25,683 nt of DNA from an archaeon (GTDB lineage Archaea; Micrarchaeota; Micrarchaeia; Norongarragalinales; UBA97). The position numbers and the translations under genes were made by a program. The notes beneath the pieces are model-generated. The model did not search any database. It saw nothing but the letters and a program-made list of their open reading frames with translations, and had not been told where the DNA came from. Shown piece after piece: positions 6,778 to 15,323 of the stretch (position 1 is the stretch's first letter; the number at the start of each line of letters is the position of its first letter). The stretch lies in assembly GCA_020057405.1 (NCBI GenBank), contig JAGVFW010000017.1, positions 1 through 25,683 of the forward strand, read 5' to 3'.

Positions 6778-7386
6778 GTGGCTTCGTTCTTCCGGATTCT
6801 GACAATAGCCGTCGTAATTGCCTTCGCGGCCCTCCTAGTGCTTTCTTTCGTGCCCCTCCAGGCAGTCTCGACGCAGGAAAACGCTGCGAAAATCGTGTTT
6901 TCCGACCTCGACAGCGACCCCGTAATTTCCGCAAACAACCACGTTTACTCGCTATTTTCGGCCGAAAAGGCCGCGGACGGCCAGTGGCAGGTGGTAGTCA
7001 AGGTCACCTTCGACCCGCACACCGCCTGTCCCAAGGCATTCATCCGCACCTACCAACTCATGCCAATCCGCCACGGCATTGACAAGACAATCACTTCCAA
7101 CTGCATTGCCGGCACGCCAATCGCGTTTCCCGAAGAGGCAATCCTTGCAGCCTCAAAAACCGCGGGTGCCAGTTCAGTCCAGCCTCTTGTCGAAGCTTGC
7201 GGCTACGAACTACCAATTGTTGACGCCAAGGCAAGGGAATACTGTCCCAACGCCGACCTGACGCGGCTGCACGCCGCGGCAACCGCCTACCCCTCCTCAG
7301 CAAAGTGGCTGACCGAGTGGGCAGGCGCCAACGATAGGGTGCTAGTCGCCCTAGACGCAAACGGCAACGAAGTCAGCTCGCGCTAA
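6778..7386 (+). CDS. secreted or membrane-anchored hypothetical protein with four Cys
   Basis: N-terminal hydrophobic helix (ILTIAVVIAFAALLVLSFV), good coding bias, GTG start about 25 nt after TATTATTAA (6746-6754). Confidence 0.8.
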   Translation: MASFFRILTIAVVIAFAALLVLSFVPLQAVSTQENAAKIVFSDLDSDPVISANNHVYSLFSAEKAADGQWQVVVKVTFDPHTACPKAFIRTYQLMPIRHGIDKTITSNCIAGTPIAFPEEAILAASKTAGASSVQPLVEACGYELPIVDAKAREYCPNADLTRLHAAATAYPSSAKWLTEWAGANDRVLVALDANGNEVSSR

Positions 7387-7420
7387 AGAAAGCAAAAACT
7401 CCCGCGGCAAAGGCGCGGGA
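7385..7420 (-). terminator. hairpin plus U-tract terminator between convergent genes
   Basis: TCCCGCG (7400-7406) / CGCGGGA (7414-7420) stem, followed on the minus strand by GTTTTTGCTTTCTTT. Confidence 0.55.
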
Positions 7421-7443
7421 AAAGTGGGCGGTGCTTGTTATCC

Positions 7444-7650
7444 CTAGATGACTAGGATGAGGATTCCGAGCACGATTAAGAACAGGCCTAGCCACGCAAA
7501 GCCGCCGACGATAAAGCCGTTGACAATCAGGCTGATGAAGCTTGTCGCAAGCCCGACTTCACCGCCGCGGAAGAAGGCAGTGTACCAAGTGGCTGCTAGG
7601 ACGATAAGCCCAATCAAAAGGCTTCCGATACCGGTTTTGTTCATACTCAA
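7444..7650 (-). CDS. small two-TM membrane protein
   Basis: Two hydrophobic helices. Strong GGAGGT Shine-Dalgarno upstream. Start is TTG 7650 or ATG 7644. Confidence 0.78.
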   Translation of the reverse strand: MSMNKTGIGSLLIGLIVLAATWYTAFFRGGEVGLATSFISLIVNGFIVGGFAWLGLFLIVLGILILVI

Positions 7651-7745
7651 ATCAAACCTCCAAACTAACGCAAGCGGAATAATGCATATAACCGTCTGGC
7701 ATTATAAAAAGATTTGGCTTGAAGAAAAAGCCAACCCGTGATTGA

Positions 7746-8804
7746 ATGAAGATAATCTCCTATACGGACGAGTCGGGGCTATTGCACGTTCACCCGCACA
7801 CCCTTGAGGACCTCTGGGTGCTCTCAAGAGTGGTCAGTGCCGGCAGCGAAGCAGAGGCCGGAAGCTGGCGCCGATTCAAGGCCGAGCGGGAAGTCGACAC
7901 GCGGGCCGAAAGCGGGGAGAAAAAGCCAGTGCGCCTACGGCTGCTAGTCGAAACAGTCGAGTTTGCCGAAAGCGCCAACCGCCTGCGCATCACCGGCAAA
8001 ATCACTTGGGGAGAGCCCGAGGAATTCATCCAAATCGGCGAGCACCACACCCTCGACATCGAAGTCGGAAAAGCCTTCAAGCTCCACAAGCGCCTCACTG
8101 CCTATGACAAGCACCTCCTGCGCGAGGCCCAAGACCGAAGCGCTAACGTGAACGCCCTAGTCGTCCTCATCGACGACGAAAAGTCAACGACTTACATGCT
8201 AGACCCCCGCGGCTTACGCGAGCTTTTTGAGATGCGAAACACCGCAAGCAAGCGCACGCCCGAGACGCACGAGTCCCTCACCAGAAAGTTTTATTCCGAG
8301 CTAGCCGAAGGCCTGGGCCACCACAAGGCACAGTGGCTCGTAATCGCCGGCCCCGGCTTCGAGCGCGACTCGTTCTACAAGTTCCTAGAGGAAAAGAAGC
8401 CCGCTATGCTCGAAAAAGCACTAGTCGAGCACACGAGCAATGCCGAGAGAACCGGTGCGACCGAACTCATGAAAAAAGGCCTGATGGAAAAACTCTTAGG
8501 CAAGCAGAAGCTCTCGCGCGAATTCAAGGCACTCGAAGAACTCAAGACCGCCCTAGGCCGGGGCGACGGCATGGCCGTCTACGGCTTCCCCGACGTAAGC
8601 CAGTCCCTCACGCTAAAGGCCGTAAAACTGCTTTTAGTGCTAGACGAAGTGCTCCGCAAGAACCCAGACGCGGGAACGCTTGCCGACGAAGCAGAAAAAA
8701 CGGGCGCCGAACTACTAATCTTCGACTCTTCAGACGACGCCGGCCAAGAGTTCGCCAGCTTCGGCATCGCCGGCCTCCTGCGATTCAGGACAAAATACGA
8801 GTAA
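7746..8804 (+). CDS. pelA: mRNA surveillance / ribosome rescue protein pelota (aDom34)
   Basis: PHTLEDLWVL, RLRITGKI, GEHHTLDI, IAGPGF, AVYG..V, AGQEFASFGIAGLLRF; eRF1-like domains. Confidence 0.96.
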   Translation: MKIISYTDESGLLHVHPHTLEDLWVLSRVVSAGSEAEAGSWRRFKAEREVDTRAESGEKKPVRLRLLVETVEFAESANRLRITGKITWGEPEEFIQIGEHHTLDIEVGKAFKLHKRLTAYDKHLLREAQDRSANVNALVVLIDDEKSTTYMLDPRGLRELFEMRNTASKRTPETHESLTRKFYSELAEGLGHHKAQWLVIAGPGFERDSFYKFLEEKKPAMLEKALVEHTSNAERTGATELMKKGLMEKLLGKQKLSREFKALEELKTALGRGDGMAVYGFPDVSQSLTLKAVKLLLVLDEVLRKNPDAGTLADEAEKTGAELLIFDSSDDAGQEFASFGIAGLLRFRTKYE

Positions 8805-8826
8805 TTCAAGCAGCTTGGACTTCAGG

Positions 8827-9417
8827 CTATTCGCACGCCACTTCGATTCCGGCAAGCTTTCCAGAATCCCCAGACACGTCGATGCGCACCAACGCCTCCG
8901 TCTTGCGTACCGACAGCTTCCGGTTGATTGAAAGCGTTTCCCGACGCACGGCGTTTGGGGACTTTACCTCCTCCTTGACCGACACGACTAGATTGCCCTC
9001 AAGGTTGCAAGTCGAGTCGCTCACCGTCCCCTCGACACCGACACCGCTAAAACTCGCAGAATAAACGCCGTCGGAGAGAACAGCCGAGGCGTTCTCGAAG
9101 TACTTCGCGGCCTTCTCGCGAGCGAGCGCAAGAAACGCGTTTGAGCCGGTGCGCCCGCACCCGCAAGTAGTGTAAGCCGAGTCTACAACCACGTCAGTTG
9201 CAGTCAATTCAGCCAATTTCTGGCCGTCGCCAAACCGCCAGCCGACATTGCCCGCCTCAAGGGCGGCAACAGCCGCGTTCTTGTCTCCGCCAAGCTGCAC
9301 CGCAAGCGCGGCAGCAGCCGCAAGCACCATAATCGCAAGCGCAAAAGCGAATACTGAGGCAAAACCCCGCAGCGCTCCCGCGCCTCCTACAACCGCCACG
9401 CCGTGATGTTTTCTCAT
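8827..9417 (-). CDS. pilin-like membrane-anchored protein (putative minor pilin)
   Basis: ATG 9417 overlaps the upstream TGA (ATGA). LRG/FASVFAFALAIMVLAAAAALAV resembles a class III signal. Last gene of the pilus cluster. Confidence 0.65.
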   Translation of the reverse strand: MRKHHGVAVVGGAGALRGFASVFAFALAIMVLAAAAALAVQLGGDKNAAVAALEAGNVGWRFGDGQKLAELTATDVVVDSAYTTCGCGRTGSNAFLALAREKAAKYFENASAVLSDGVYSASFSGVGVEGTVSDSTCNLEGNLVVSVKEEVKSPNAVRRETLSINRKLSVRKTEALVRIDVSGDSGKLAGIEVACE

Positions 9418-9800
9418 CTTGCCACCCACACGCTCTGGCGAACCGCGCTACCGGCGTCCGGCTTGTTAAACCCGGCCGCCTGGGCGGACTTTTCCTTCAC
9501 AAAGCAGTCGAGCTCGTTCTTGCAGCCAAGCAAGTTAGGCACTACAATCGCATCCGCCCTCACCCACTCTCCCGATTCGGGCTGATTTTCAGTAAACTTC
9601 ACTCCAGCCACCTGCGCGGCGTCGGTAGGGTTGATGCCAATGGAATTCTTTAGCTCAAGGTAGTCGCGTCCAAGGCCCGCGAGGCTTGCGATGCGCTCTT
9701 CGCCACCCGAGGAAGTGCCGGCTACCACGACCGCAGTCGTCACCGTGGCTACTATGGCAAGCGCAATAAGCGCGTCAAGGCTAAACGCAAAGGCCCTCAT
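9414..9800 (-). CDS. class III signal peptide protein (minor pilin)
   Basis: MRA/FAFSLDALIALAIV. ATG 9800 overlaps the upstream stop (ATGA). Confidence 0.78.
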   Translation of the reverse strand: MRAFAFSLDALIALAIVATVTTAVVVAGTSSGGEERIASLAGLGRDYLELKNSIGINPTDAAQVAGVKFTENQPESGEWVRADAIVVPNLLGCKNELDCFVKEKSAQAAGFNKPDAGSAVRQSVWVAR

Positions 9801-10117
9801 TCGCAAGTCAACACCTCAAGCAGGCACGGCCTGCCGTTGCAGTTAACCATCCTTCTTGCAGAGAACACGTCGCTGGGGCACTCAAAGCCGGCGCAGCCGT
9901 TGGTGCCGTTGCCGTACTTCAGGCAATGGATTGGTGCGCTCACATTCACGCCGTCCGCGACAGAAGCGGCAACCGCATCAGCAAGAGTAGATGAAATTTC
10001 AGCGTGCTTGGCACCCGAAGCGAGCGCCGCCTGCACCGCTCCCGAAGCAAACCCCGCCACAATTGCCATTACCGCAATCGCGATTACGACGTCTGCGGAA
10101 ATAAGCTGGCCCCTCAA
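9797..10117 (-). CDS. class III signal peptide protein (minor pilin, Cys-rich C-terminus)
   Basis: RG/QLISADVVIAIAVMAIV. Start reassigned to TTG 10117, which overlaps the upstream TGA. Six Cys in the C-terminal half. Confidence 0.75.
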   Translation of the reverse strand: MRGQLISADVVIAIAVMAIVAGFASGAVQAALASGAKHAEISSTLADAVAASVADGVNVSAPIHCLKYGNGTNGCAGFECPSDVFSARRMVNCNGRPCLLEVLTCE

Positions 10118-10521
10118 CCGCACCTTCCCTCGGAAATTTCTATTGAACTGCCGGCTTTTGCGATGCAAAGCCACTGGCGAGCCGCGTGGCTGCAGTCAAA
10201 CGCCGCGCCCTTTGAAATAGGGCAAGCGGACCTGGCGCGGGCCGCGCCCCCGCCTGCAGAAACGGTGAACGAATCCCCCGTGCCAATGTCCGCAAACCCG
10301 GACGACGGGCACTCTATTTCAAGCGAGACACTCGCGCCCGAAACGCACGCGGCGTTGGCGACCCTCGCGATTTGCGCGGCCAACAGTTCGGCCTGCACTA
10401 GCTTGGACGACTGCGAAGTCGATTCTCCTACCGTTGAGGCGTAGTTTGACGCCAAAAGCGCGGCTGCCGCCAGAAGCGCCCCGGCAAGCAACAGCTCAAC
10501 TGACAACTGCCCGCGGCTCAC
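10114..10521 (-). CDS. class III signal peptide protein (pilin)
   Basis: MSRG/QLSVELLLAGALL (Q+1, E+5). GTG overlaps the bcp stop. Six Cys. Confidence 0.8.
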   Translation of the reverse strand: MSRGQLSVELLLAGALLAAAALLASNYASTVGESTSQSSKLVQAELLAAQIARVANAACVSGASVSLEIECPSSGFADIGTGDSFTVSAGGGAARARSACPISKGAAFDCSHAARQWLCIAKAGSSIEISEGRCG

Positions 10522-10973
10522 TCAATCGCCTCAAGCGCCGCAGCCGCGTGGCCCTTTGGCGTGACTCCGCGGAAAATCTTTTTGATGCGGCCATGGGGCC
10601 CGATGACAAACGTGTTGCGCAGGGTGCCGTCAAACTCGCGGCCCATGAACTTCTTTTTCCCCCAACTTCCGTACGCCTTGATTACATCCAGGCCCGGGTC
10701 GCTAAGCAAAAGAAAGTTCAGGCCGAACTTTTTAGCAAACCGGCCGTGCGATTCCGGCCCATCCTTTGAAACGCCGACAACAACCGCTCCCTTTGCCTTA
10801 ATCGCCTTTTGCGCGTCTCGGAACTCGCAGGCCTCAATAGTGCAGCCCGGCGTGTCGTCCTTGGGATAAAAATAGAGCACGAGCGGACGGCTCGCAAACT
10901 CGGAAAGCGAGTGTTCCCTTCCATCCGCGTCCTTTAGAGAAAAGCCAGGCGCGCGGTCCCCTTCCTTTAGCAT
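10518..10973 (-). CDS. bcp: thioredoxin-dependent peroxiredoxin Bcp/PrxQ
   Basis: MLKEGDRAPGFSL, LYFYPKDDTPGCTIEACEFRD (CxxxxC), GVSKD, LLSD, RNTFVI. Real start is most likely ATG 10973. Confidence 0.95.
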   Translation of the reverse strand: MLKEGDRAPGFSLKDADGREHSLSEFASRPLVLYFYPKDDTPGCTIEACEFRDAQKAIKAKGAVVVGVSKDGPESHGRFAKKFGLNFLLLSDPGLDVIKAYGSWGKKKFMGREFDGTLRNTFVIGPHGRIKKIFRGVTPKGHAAAALEAIE

Positions 10974-11038
10974 GGTTGAAAACATACTACTGTCACTTGC
11001 CTTAATTGCCTTGCGGTCAAGCGAAGGCCAAAACCGCC

Positions 11039-11440
11039 TCAGCCGCTTACGCAGTACTTCGCGAACACGCCACTCACGCAATTCCCGTCAGCCGGCCGCG
11101 ATGGCGAGAGCGTGCTTGCCAGTGCCAAAATCATTGCCTTACGCATCTCGCTGCTGACTGGCACCGGGTTGCCGCTGATTGAAACCCGCGGCGTGATGTC
11201 GTATTGGCTGCCGTTTAGCAAAAACTCCATCGAAGTCAGGTCCAGCCTCTCCACCAAAGCCTCGTTAAACGCGCCCGCCCTCGCGCTCGAGAGCGCCATG
11301 CTTGCCTCAGACTCCCGCATGGCAGGCACAATCATCGCCGCGGCAACCGTCGTTACGAGTGCGGCGACGATTAAAAACTCGATTGCGCCCTGACCGCGGG
11401 AAAACAATCCAACCGCCCACCCGCGTCCCGAATGCCTCAA
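11039..11440 (-). CDS. class III signal peptide protein (pilin)
   Basis: SRG/QGAIEFLIVAALV. Start probably TTG 11440 (overlapping the upstream TGA) or TTG 11407. C-terminal Cys pair. Confidence 0.75.
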   Translation of the reverse strand: MRHSGRGWAVGLFSRGQGAIEFLIVAALVTTVAAAMIVPAMRESEASMALSSARAGAFNEALVERLDLTSMEFLLNGSQYDITPRVSISGNPVPVSSEMRKAMILALASTLSPSRPADGNCVSGVFAKYCVSG

Positions 11441-11880
11441 GGCATCATCTCGCACGATACCCGCACGACGCCTTCCGCGTTTCTGGCCTTGATGTTGAAC
11501 CACCCTGCAGCAGGGTTCTGCGGCGGGCAGCCTGGTAAAAATTCCACTGCAGTCGCAAGCACGCGCGAACTGGACACGCGTTTTTCAATCGAGGGATGCG
11601 CGTCGCACTCAAAAAAAGAATCAGCGCCGTTTTTCGAAAGAATGAGGCAGACACTGCCCGCGGGGATGAACACGCTGCCGCTGACTTGTGCGCCGCTGCC
11701 TTGGAGGTAAACCGCGTTGACCCACGCTGCGACAGAATCGACTGCAGCCTTAGACATCGTCGCCTTGCGCAATGACTCTGCGTCAGACAAGTGGCCCTGG
11801 GCCGTTACGAGCATTCCCGCCGCAAGCGCCACGAGAAAAGCCGCGACTAAGAAAAACTCGACGCTGATTTGCCCCCTCAT
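11437..11880 (-). CDS. class III signal peptide protein (pilin)
   Basis: MRG/QISVEFFLVAAFLV, amphipathic helix then V...G.G motif, four Cys. Confidence 0.85.
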   Translation of the reverse strand: MRGQISVEFFLVAAFLVALAAGMLVTAQGHLSDAESLRKATMSKAAVDSVAAWVNAVYLQGSGAQVSGSVFIPAGSVCLILSKNGADSFFECDAHPSIEKRVSSSRVLATAVEFLPGCPPQNPAAGWFNIKARNAEGVVRVSCEMMP

Positions 11881-11881
11881 T

Positions 11882-12793
11882 CTAAACCCACCTTAGCCCA
11901 AGCGAGATGACGAACCCAAGCGCAACCGCGGGCGCAAACGCCACGCTCTCGCGCACTTCCAACTCCCTTACTCCGAGCCCCTTTAACTTCGTTATCTCGG
12001 TCCTCGTGAGGCCGGCTGCACGCGAGGAGTCGGCAACAACATCGCCCCCCGGCCTTGTAAACGGCGAGATTTTCCCCCCAAGCGCAGACGAGAGCACAGC
12101 CGCCGCGGTAGGCCTCTTCCATACGACTGCTTTTCCCCCAACGCTTAGGATGGTGACGGCCGGAATGTCCCCCTCCCGCAATTCCGCCACTTTTTTGGTA
12201 CGCCGAAGCGCTGAGGCCGCAACTGCCGGAAACGCGAGGGAAAGAAAAGAGATTGCAAACGCGGCGGCAAAACCAACGGCAACGGAATTCAGCGCGCTCG
12301 ACTTAACCAAAAACGAAATTCCGCCTGCCACAACCGCCCCCGCGGCACCAGCCTTGCAAGCTTTGATGGAAACCGCCCCCCAGTCAAACTTGGCCCCAAG
12401 CGCGCGTCCCCCAAACGCAATTGCCGCAATGGGAAGCATCGCAATCACCGAGTTTAAGAAAAGCGTGGCAAAAGCAAACGGCGAGGGACCGCCCGACGCG
12501 ATTGCGTAGAATGCAGCCATTACGGTGAAGAACTTCGCGTCCCCGCCAGCCCACGCGCCAATCCGGTAGGCTGCGTAAGCGAATGCAAAAGCAATTGCAA
12601 CAGACGCGGCGAACCCCATTGACAGGTTACCCGTAAGATACGCCAGCGCGACCGCCGCGCAAGCAAACACGGCAGTCACGGCGTTTGGTACGCGCCGCTC
12701 CCGCAAGTCAGTGATAGTCGCAATGGCACCAAAGGCAACTGCGAGTGCAGTTGCAGCGCCGCTCTCAGCACCGTAAACGGGTATAGGAAACAT
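11882..12793 (-). CDS. A24 family prepilin peptidase (EppA/FlaK-like)
   Basis: ITDLRERRVPN and GAWAGGDAKF carry the two catalytic Asp. Multiple TM helices. Archaeal C-terminal domain ELREGDI...GLTRTEITKL...AFAPA. Confidence 0.92.
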   Translation of the reverse strand: MFPIPVYGAESGAATALAVAFGAIATITDLRERRVPNAVTAVFACAAVALAYLTGNLSMGFAASVAIAFAFAYAAYRIGAWAGGDAKFFTVMAAFYAIASGGPSPFAFATLFLNSVIAMLPIAAIAFGGRALGAKFDWGAVSIKACKAGAAGAVVAGGISFLVKSSALNSVAVGFAAAFAISFLSLAFPAVAASALRRTKKVAELREGDIPAVTILSVGGKAVVWKRPTAAAVLSSALGGKISPFTRPGGDVVADSSRAAGLTRTEITKLKGLGVRELEVRESVAFAPAVALGFVISLGLRWV

Positions 12794-12795
12794 CG

Positions 12796-12966
12796 TTACC
12801 TTACCAGCATGGCTATTGCCTCGGCCCGCTCGCTCCTAACGCTAGCAGCAACAGTGTCCGAAATTCCGCGAAGCTGCAGCACGAGGCTGACGGCAACGAC
12901 TAGGATGGCCAAGCCGACGGCCACCAAAAGAAGGTATTCGGTCGCAGCCTGCGCGCGGTCATCCAT
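12796..12966 (-). CDS. small class III signal peptide protein (56 aa pilin), absent from ORF track
   Basis: Translated by hand: MDDRA/QAATEYLLLVAVGLAILVVAVSLVLQLRGISDTVAASVRSERAEAIAMLVR*. Fills the gap between flanking genes. Confidence 0.85.
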   Translation of the reverse strand: MDDRAQAATEYLLLVAVGLAILVVAVSLVLQLRGISDTVAASVRSERAEAIAMLVR

Positions 12967-12972
12967 TATAGT

Positions 12973-13185
12973 TCACCCATAGCAAGTGCCGTTTGAAGTG
13001 CAGTTAAGCAAGTTGCGCAACTCGTGGGCATTGTCCGCCACCTGCCCGCCGATTTCGGGAACAACTGCCGAGCGCAGCACGATGACTACCGTGGCGACAA
13101 TCATCATCACGCCCGAAATGAGCAGCACGTACTCAAAGGCGCCCTGCGCTTTCTCTTCGCCAAGCATGGCAAAAACCCTTTTCAC
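12973..13185 (-). CDS. small class III signal peptide protein (pilin)
   Basis: EKA/QGAFEYVLLISGVMMIVATVVIVL. GTG 13185 overlaps the upstream TGA; alternative ATG at 13167. Confidence 0.85.
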   Translation of the reverse strand: MKRVFAMLGEEKAQGAFEYVLLISGVMMIVATVVIVLRSAVVPEIGGQVADNAHELRNLLNCTSNGTCYG

Positions 13186-13286
13186 GCAAGCACCCTCGTC
13201 TTTACAATGTACGCGACAGTCGCCACTAGCAGCACTGCCGCGCCCACCATGAGCAGGTACTCCATCGAAGTCTGCCCTTTTTTCAT
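13182..13286 (-). CDS. minimal 34-aa class III signal peptide protein (pilin)
   Basis: MKKG/QTSMEYLLMVGAAVLLVATVAYIVKTRVLA*. ATG overlaps the upstream stop (ATGA), and its TGA overlaps the next GTG. Confidence 0.8.
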   Translation of the reverse strand: MKKGQTSMEYLLMVGAAVLLVATVAYIVKTRVLA

Positions 13287-14224
13287 CCGCATCCCGCTAC
13301 GCTGCCGCCAAGCAATGCAAACCCGGCCGCTTTTCCGAATTCGAATACTGCGAGCGCTATTAAAACCATTAGGGGTGCCCGCGCCGCGTAGGCCCACCCG
13401 TTGCCCTCCCGCACGATGCCGGTCGCAACCGCGACAATCGCCGCAAGCACGGCGAGGAACACGGCAAGCAGCGAGTTTAGGAACACCAGGCTCGTTATCG
13501 CAGTGACCGGGCCAAGCGAGCACGAAATGCCTGCGCCAACGAAAGACACGATGTTTAGCGTGAAGCCGAAGATGAATGGCGCCAGGATCAGGGCGCTTGC
13601 GTTAAGGAACACCACGTGCATCGTCGTGCGCGTAGCCCGTTCGCGCCTGATGCGGGTAACATCGCGCGCGTCATCCGCAATCGCCGTCATGACGTCGGCA
13701 ACGCCGGCGCCCGCCCTCTTGGCGTCACTCACGATTGTCGCCACGCGCAAAAAGAGCTTCGAGCCGCTTGAGAGGGCCGCGTCGTGCATTGCTTCCTCGA
13801 AAGTCTTGCCCTTGCGCATGCGGTCGAGGGCTTGCGACAGCTCTTCACTAAGAGGGCCGTAATCATTGCGCGCCGCTTCCCCAAGCGCCGACTCGAGGGT
13901 CCCGCCCGCCTTTAGCACGATTGCCACGTGCTTTAGCGCGTCAGGCAAGTTGTCATCAATCGCCTGCACCCGCTCGTCACGCATGCTAATTGGGAGGGCG
14001 AAAAACAGCGAGAGGATCGCGAGGAAGACCACGATCCCGACGGCGAGGCCGTTGTCGCCAAACTGAGTTGGCACCAATATGGCTGAGGCCGAGGCTGCGG
14101 CAATTGCCGAGGCCGTTGCAAGCACCAAAAGCGCGACGGCGAAGGCAAACGGGCCTACCGGCATGCCCGACTTCTCGTAAAGCCGCCCGATTCCCTCAAA
14201 TGCCTTAACCGCCATTTTTCTCAC
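13283..14224 (-). CDS. type II secretion system F family / TadC-like pilus platform protein
   Basis: IDDNLPDALKHVAIVLKAGGTLESAL...YGPLSEEL...GKTFEEAM; multiple TM helices. Confidence 0.92.
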   Translation of the reverse strand: MRKMAVKAFEGIGRLYEKSGMPVGPFAFAVALLVLATASAIAAASASAILVPTQFGDNGLAVGIVVFLAILSLFFALPISMRDERVQAIDDNLPDALKHVAIVLKAGGTLESALGEAARNDYGPLSEELSQALDRMRKGKTFEEAMHDAALSSGSKLFLRVATIVSDAKRAGAGVADVMTAIADDARDVTRIRRERATRTTMHVVFLNASALILAPFIFGFTLNIVSFVGAGISCSLGPVTAITSLVFLNSLLAVFLAVLAAIVAVATGIVREGNGWAYAARAPLMVLIALAVFEFGKAAGFALLGGSVAGCG

Positions 14225-15309
14225 GCAGTTGGCTCAATTGACTTTATGAATGCAAGGATGCCTACCGACAAAAGCGCGATTGCAGCAAACGCCAGTGCCA
14301 CCAGCACCGGACTGAAGCTGCCGCCCAAAAGCGGCAATTGCACTACTGAGGCGACAATCGTGAGCACGACGGGTGTCACGACCGCGACCATGGTAAAGAC
14401 GATGGCGACCAAGTTCAGCTTTTCCGTAAAGTCGCGGATGCGCATGCGCGACTCGTACGACGCGTCATCAGCAATTCCCGAAATCACGTCCGCAAGCGAG
14501 CCCCCCGTCCTAAGCGAGCGGTTGATTTGCGTCACCGCCTGGCGCAGGCCATTCGATTTCGTCCGCTCGTGCATTGCCTCAAGGGCATCCTCGATGCCCA
14601 TCGCCTCTAAAGACAAAAGAAACTTGCGGATTTCAGTGCTAAGGGCGCCGTAACCCCCCTGCTCCACGCTCTCCATCGCCCGCTGGAACGGCACGCCCGC
14701 GCGCACCTGCGTTGCCAAGTGCCGCAGGGCAAAAGGCAGTTCCCTGTCGATTTGCGCCGCGCGCTTCTTAGCAATCCTACCCGGATAGACTAAGAGCAAA
14801 AGATTCGACGCGGTGAAAGCGACGACGCCTATTGAGATTGACAAAAGAACGGAGTTAAGCGGTTGCACTTTTCCAAACGCCGTGAGCGCAAGCGCAATGA
14901 GCGTGACCGCGGTGCCAAGGGCCGCCGACGCGGTCGTCGCTATTGCCATGTACGCGCTTTGGTTGAGCGTGAGGCCGCTTGCGGGCAAGTCGCGCCGCAG
15001 TCCGCGCGCCGAAGGCATCCTTGAGAAGAGCCGCGCGAGGGGGGCGAGGATGAGCTTGAGCGCGGAGTAGGCGGCCGCGGCATTCCTGATTCCGGCGCCC
15101 GGGTTTTTTCCAACGTCAATCCTGTAAAAATCCCATTCGGCCACGCCGTATTTTATGCGCGCGGCCTGGGGGCTCTCGACCTTACCTCCAGCCGTCATTC
15201 GCTTGGCAACCTCGTCAGCACGCTCTAGCTCGCCCCTGCGCGCCTGGGTCACATCGTAGGAATCGCCCTTCTCTATGGCATCGCGAATGCGTTGCAGTCT
15301 ACCGGGCAT
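14221..15309 (-). CDS. type II secretion system F family / TadB-like pilus platform protein
   Basis: IDRELPFALRHLATQVRAGVPF...YGALSTE...TGGSLADVI. Start probably ATG 15309, just after the ATPase stop (ORF track extends to 15372). Confidence 0.9.
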   Translation of the reverse strand: MPGRLQRIRDAIEKGDSYDVTQARRGELERADEVAKRMTAGGKVESPQAARIKYGVAEWDFYRIDVGKNPGAGIRNAAAAYSALKLILAPLARLFSRMPSARGLRRDLPASGLTLNQSAYMAIATTASAALGTAVTLIALALTAFGKVQPLNSVLLSISIGVVAFTASNLLLLVYPGRIAKKRAAQIDRELPFALRHLATQVRAGVPFQRAMESVEQGGYGALSTEIRKFLLSLEAMGIEDALEAMHERTKSNGLRQAVTQINRSLRTGGSLADVISGIADDASYESRMRIRDFTEKLNLVAIVFTMVAVVTPVVLTIVASVVQLPLLGGSFSPVLVALAFAAIALLSVGILAFIKSIEPTA

Positions 15310-15323
15310 GCCATCGGCTCCTT

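Noticed and set aside
8333-9064. 243-aa plus-strand ORF
   Set aside because: Alternative frame of pelota plus antisense to a pilin-like gene; Arg-rich GC artefact.
13287-13523. N-terminal extension of the 113-aa ORF 13182-13523
   Set aside because: It overlaps the TadC-like gene out of frame. The class III signal and ATGA coupling place the real start at 13286.
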